Both the position numbers and the translations under genes were made by a program. Source: Eledone cirrhosa (Eukaryota). From it: a DNA stretch of 64,000 nucleotides. The stretch lies in assembly GCA_964016885.1 (NCBI GenBank), contig OZ024740.1, forward strand, positions 302,374,001 through 302,438,000, in the 5' to 3' direction. The notes below the pieces were generated by a model. The model had not been told where the DNA came from, did no database searches, and was given only the letters and a program-made list of their open reading frames with translations. Below are positions 61,924 through 64,000 of this stretch, one piece after another. Every line of letters starts with the position of its first letter. Within the stretch, counting starts at the first letter, position 1.

Positions 61924-63683
61924 TCACATTATTTCTTGAATATATATGCAAGAACATTGCCGTGCATGAATATTGCCGAGCATGTTGCAACTAAAGCTTT
62001 CATCTAATTCAGTATATCTTAACACAGACAATATGCAAACATTTAAGTTATATATTACTTAGCATCTGTAAGCGTTAGATAGCGTACAACTACATGAATA
62101 CACCAAAGAGTTGAAGTTTTAAAGGATTAAAGAACTGAGGATAGAATTTAGTTGTTGGAGTGGTCGTTGGCTCACCCCTCTTCATGTATGCTTATGTATT
62201 TTAGTCCGAGTTATTTGGAGCATACAATTTATCTGTCTTTCATCACGCTATTTGTATTTCCTAATGTAGACTAACCTCTATTGTCTCTGCTTTGTTCTCA
62301 AGTCTGGCAAATATATCTCAATTGTCTTTTACTATCACTTGTCTGTTGCGTTCCATTACAGCAACTGTTTTTGTTGTAGTTGCTGTTTCGATTTATTTTC
62401 TTTTTGAACGCTGTCGTTATTGTTATTATTATTCGTCTGTTTACTTTCTGTTTGAATTGATTCATCATATATTTCTTATTTCCATTTTGCTCTTTCCCAT
62501 TTATGTGTATCTTTTCATCTCGGTTGGTAACGTCCCTCAGCAAATATTTCCACATCTTCTTCATCCATTATTGCTGTCATTATTCTAGGATATATTGATT
62601 GATTCGTTTGTTTCTTGCTTGTTATATACACAAGCTATATTTGCTGGTTTATGATGTATTCTTAGTTCTCGGTCTAGCTACTTGTATTTCATTCTGATTT
62701 ACACTCCTACATAGCTTATACTCCACTGTGAAATCTACTTAACTCATATTCTCGCTTTTCCATACATTCTGATATATTCCAATTTACTAAAGCAAGATGG
62801 CGTAAACTTCTCTCACTCTACTACTCATTCAGTCAACGCTAATCTCTCGCTATTATCAAATGCCTTATATTAAATATTCACCACTAATCTTCAATGTATG
62901 TTTACATCTACTTCATTATAATTCAATTAAAACATATTTCACCAAATTCTTTACTTCCCTTATTATAGCCATCCTACAATCATAGTAACTTACTTTTAAA
63001 TAATTCATTCTAAAATCTGTTTTAGTCTGAACTCTACTGAGATCTTTGAACCGAACATATATTTTAAATAACTTATACTTGGTGAAGACTAAATCCTACG
63101 GAAAATAGCAACGGTTGGCGTCGGAAAATAAAAAAACGATTTCATATATTTATTTCTTATTCTTAGAAATGTTTCTTCCTCGATGCGTCCGAAAATATCT
63201 TTACTTACATTGCAAGTACTCATTTATATTTCGTTCTACAATTTACCTGCCATCCTTTACCGTTTATTTCATTCAGAAGTGAATCCACACCTCACAATCC
63301 ATTTATATTAATATCGACATTGGTGTATCTTACGGTTTCATCTTAAACCTACTTGAACCTACTAGATTTTGCTGGCTTACCAGGTCGTTAATGAACCGAG
63401 GCGTATATTATGTTTGACAATCGCTGAATTTAGAGTTATATTTTACTAAAATCTAATTCAGTTACGCATGGAAATAAACTTTTAAACACCGAATACTGAG
63501 TTACCTAATGAACATTGATTTTTATCAACACAATTCCATACTGGGTTTCTACATATGCTTGACTTGAACTTCACTCCAAATTAGATTTCAACATGGCTGA
63601 ACTGCTAATACTGAGCATTAGAATGAACACTGGGCTTATTGTACCTCACTCTGATTTATTGAATTCTAAACATTGCTAATATA

Positions 63684-64000
63684 TCTTCTTCTTCTTCTTT
63701 TTCTTTTTCTTTTCCTTTTCATTTTATTTTTATTTTTTCCTTCTTCCTTTATCTTACCCTTTTCCTTTTCCTTTTCTTCTTCTTTTCTTTTCCTTTTTCT
63801 TTTTTCTTTCTTTTTCTTTTCTTCTTCTTCTTCTTCTTCTTCTTTTTCTTCTTCTTCTTCGTCTGTTATTTTTCTCTTCTTTTTTTTTCTTCTTTTTCAT
63901 CTTTGTCTATTTTTGTTTTCTGTTTTCCCTTTTCTTTTTCTTTTTCTTTTTTCTTTTTTCTTTTTTCTTTTTTCTTTTTTCTTTTTTCTTTTTTCTTTTT
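63684..64000. repeat. polypyrimidine (CTT/CTTTT) low-complexity tract
   Basis: Direct reading; the tract runs off the end of the window. Confidence 0.95.

Noticed and set aside
53850-64000. Short ORFs in the AT-rich right part of the window
   Set aside because: They are low-complexity or microsatellite translations. Small host exons cannot be excluded without RNA data.

Overview
AT-rich, microsatellite-dense animal DNA, probably cephalopod/Octopus (inferred only from the SINE types). No host gene can be supported; the window consists of transposons and their remnants. (1) Two nests in (ATT/TAA)n tracts (5.3-18.7 kb and 24.3-41.6 kb) each start at a SINE tail. They contain four Tx1-clade LINEs, all on + (one with intact ORF1 and ORF2), and five R4/Dong-type restriction-like-endonuclease (RLE) retrotransposons, all on - (one with an intact ORF). 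(2) A nest in (TA)n tracts (43.7-53.8 kb) holds two Penelope-like elements, several inverted repeats and a 3.5-copy array of a 591-bp unit. Each unit folds by eye into a type I hammerhead ribozyme with a non-canonical U3-A8 core, an enlarged stem II and a possible pseudoknot, so the array is a candidate retrozyme and the most interesting signal in the window. The neighbouring Neptune-type element carries a hammerhead-like motif with the same U3-A8 core. SINEs and mariner, CRE, RTE and Helitron remnants fill the rest. All RNA folds and alignments were done by eye and no database searches were run.
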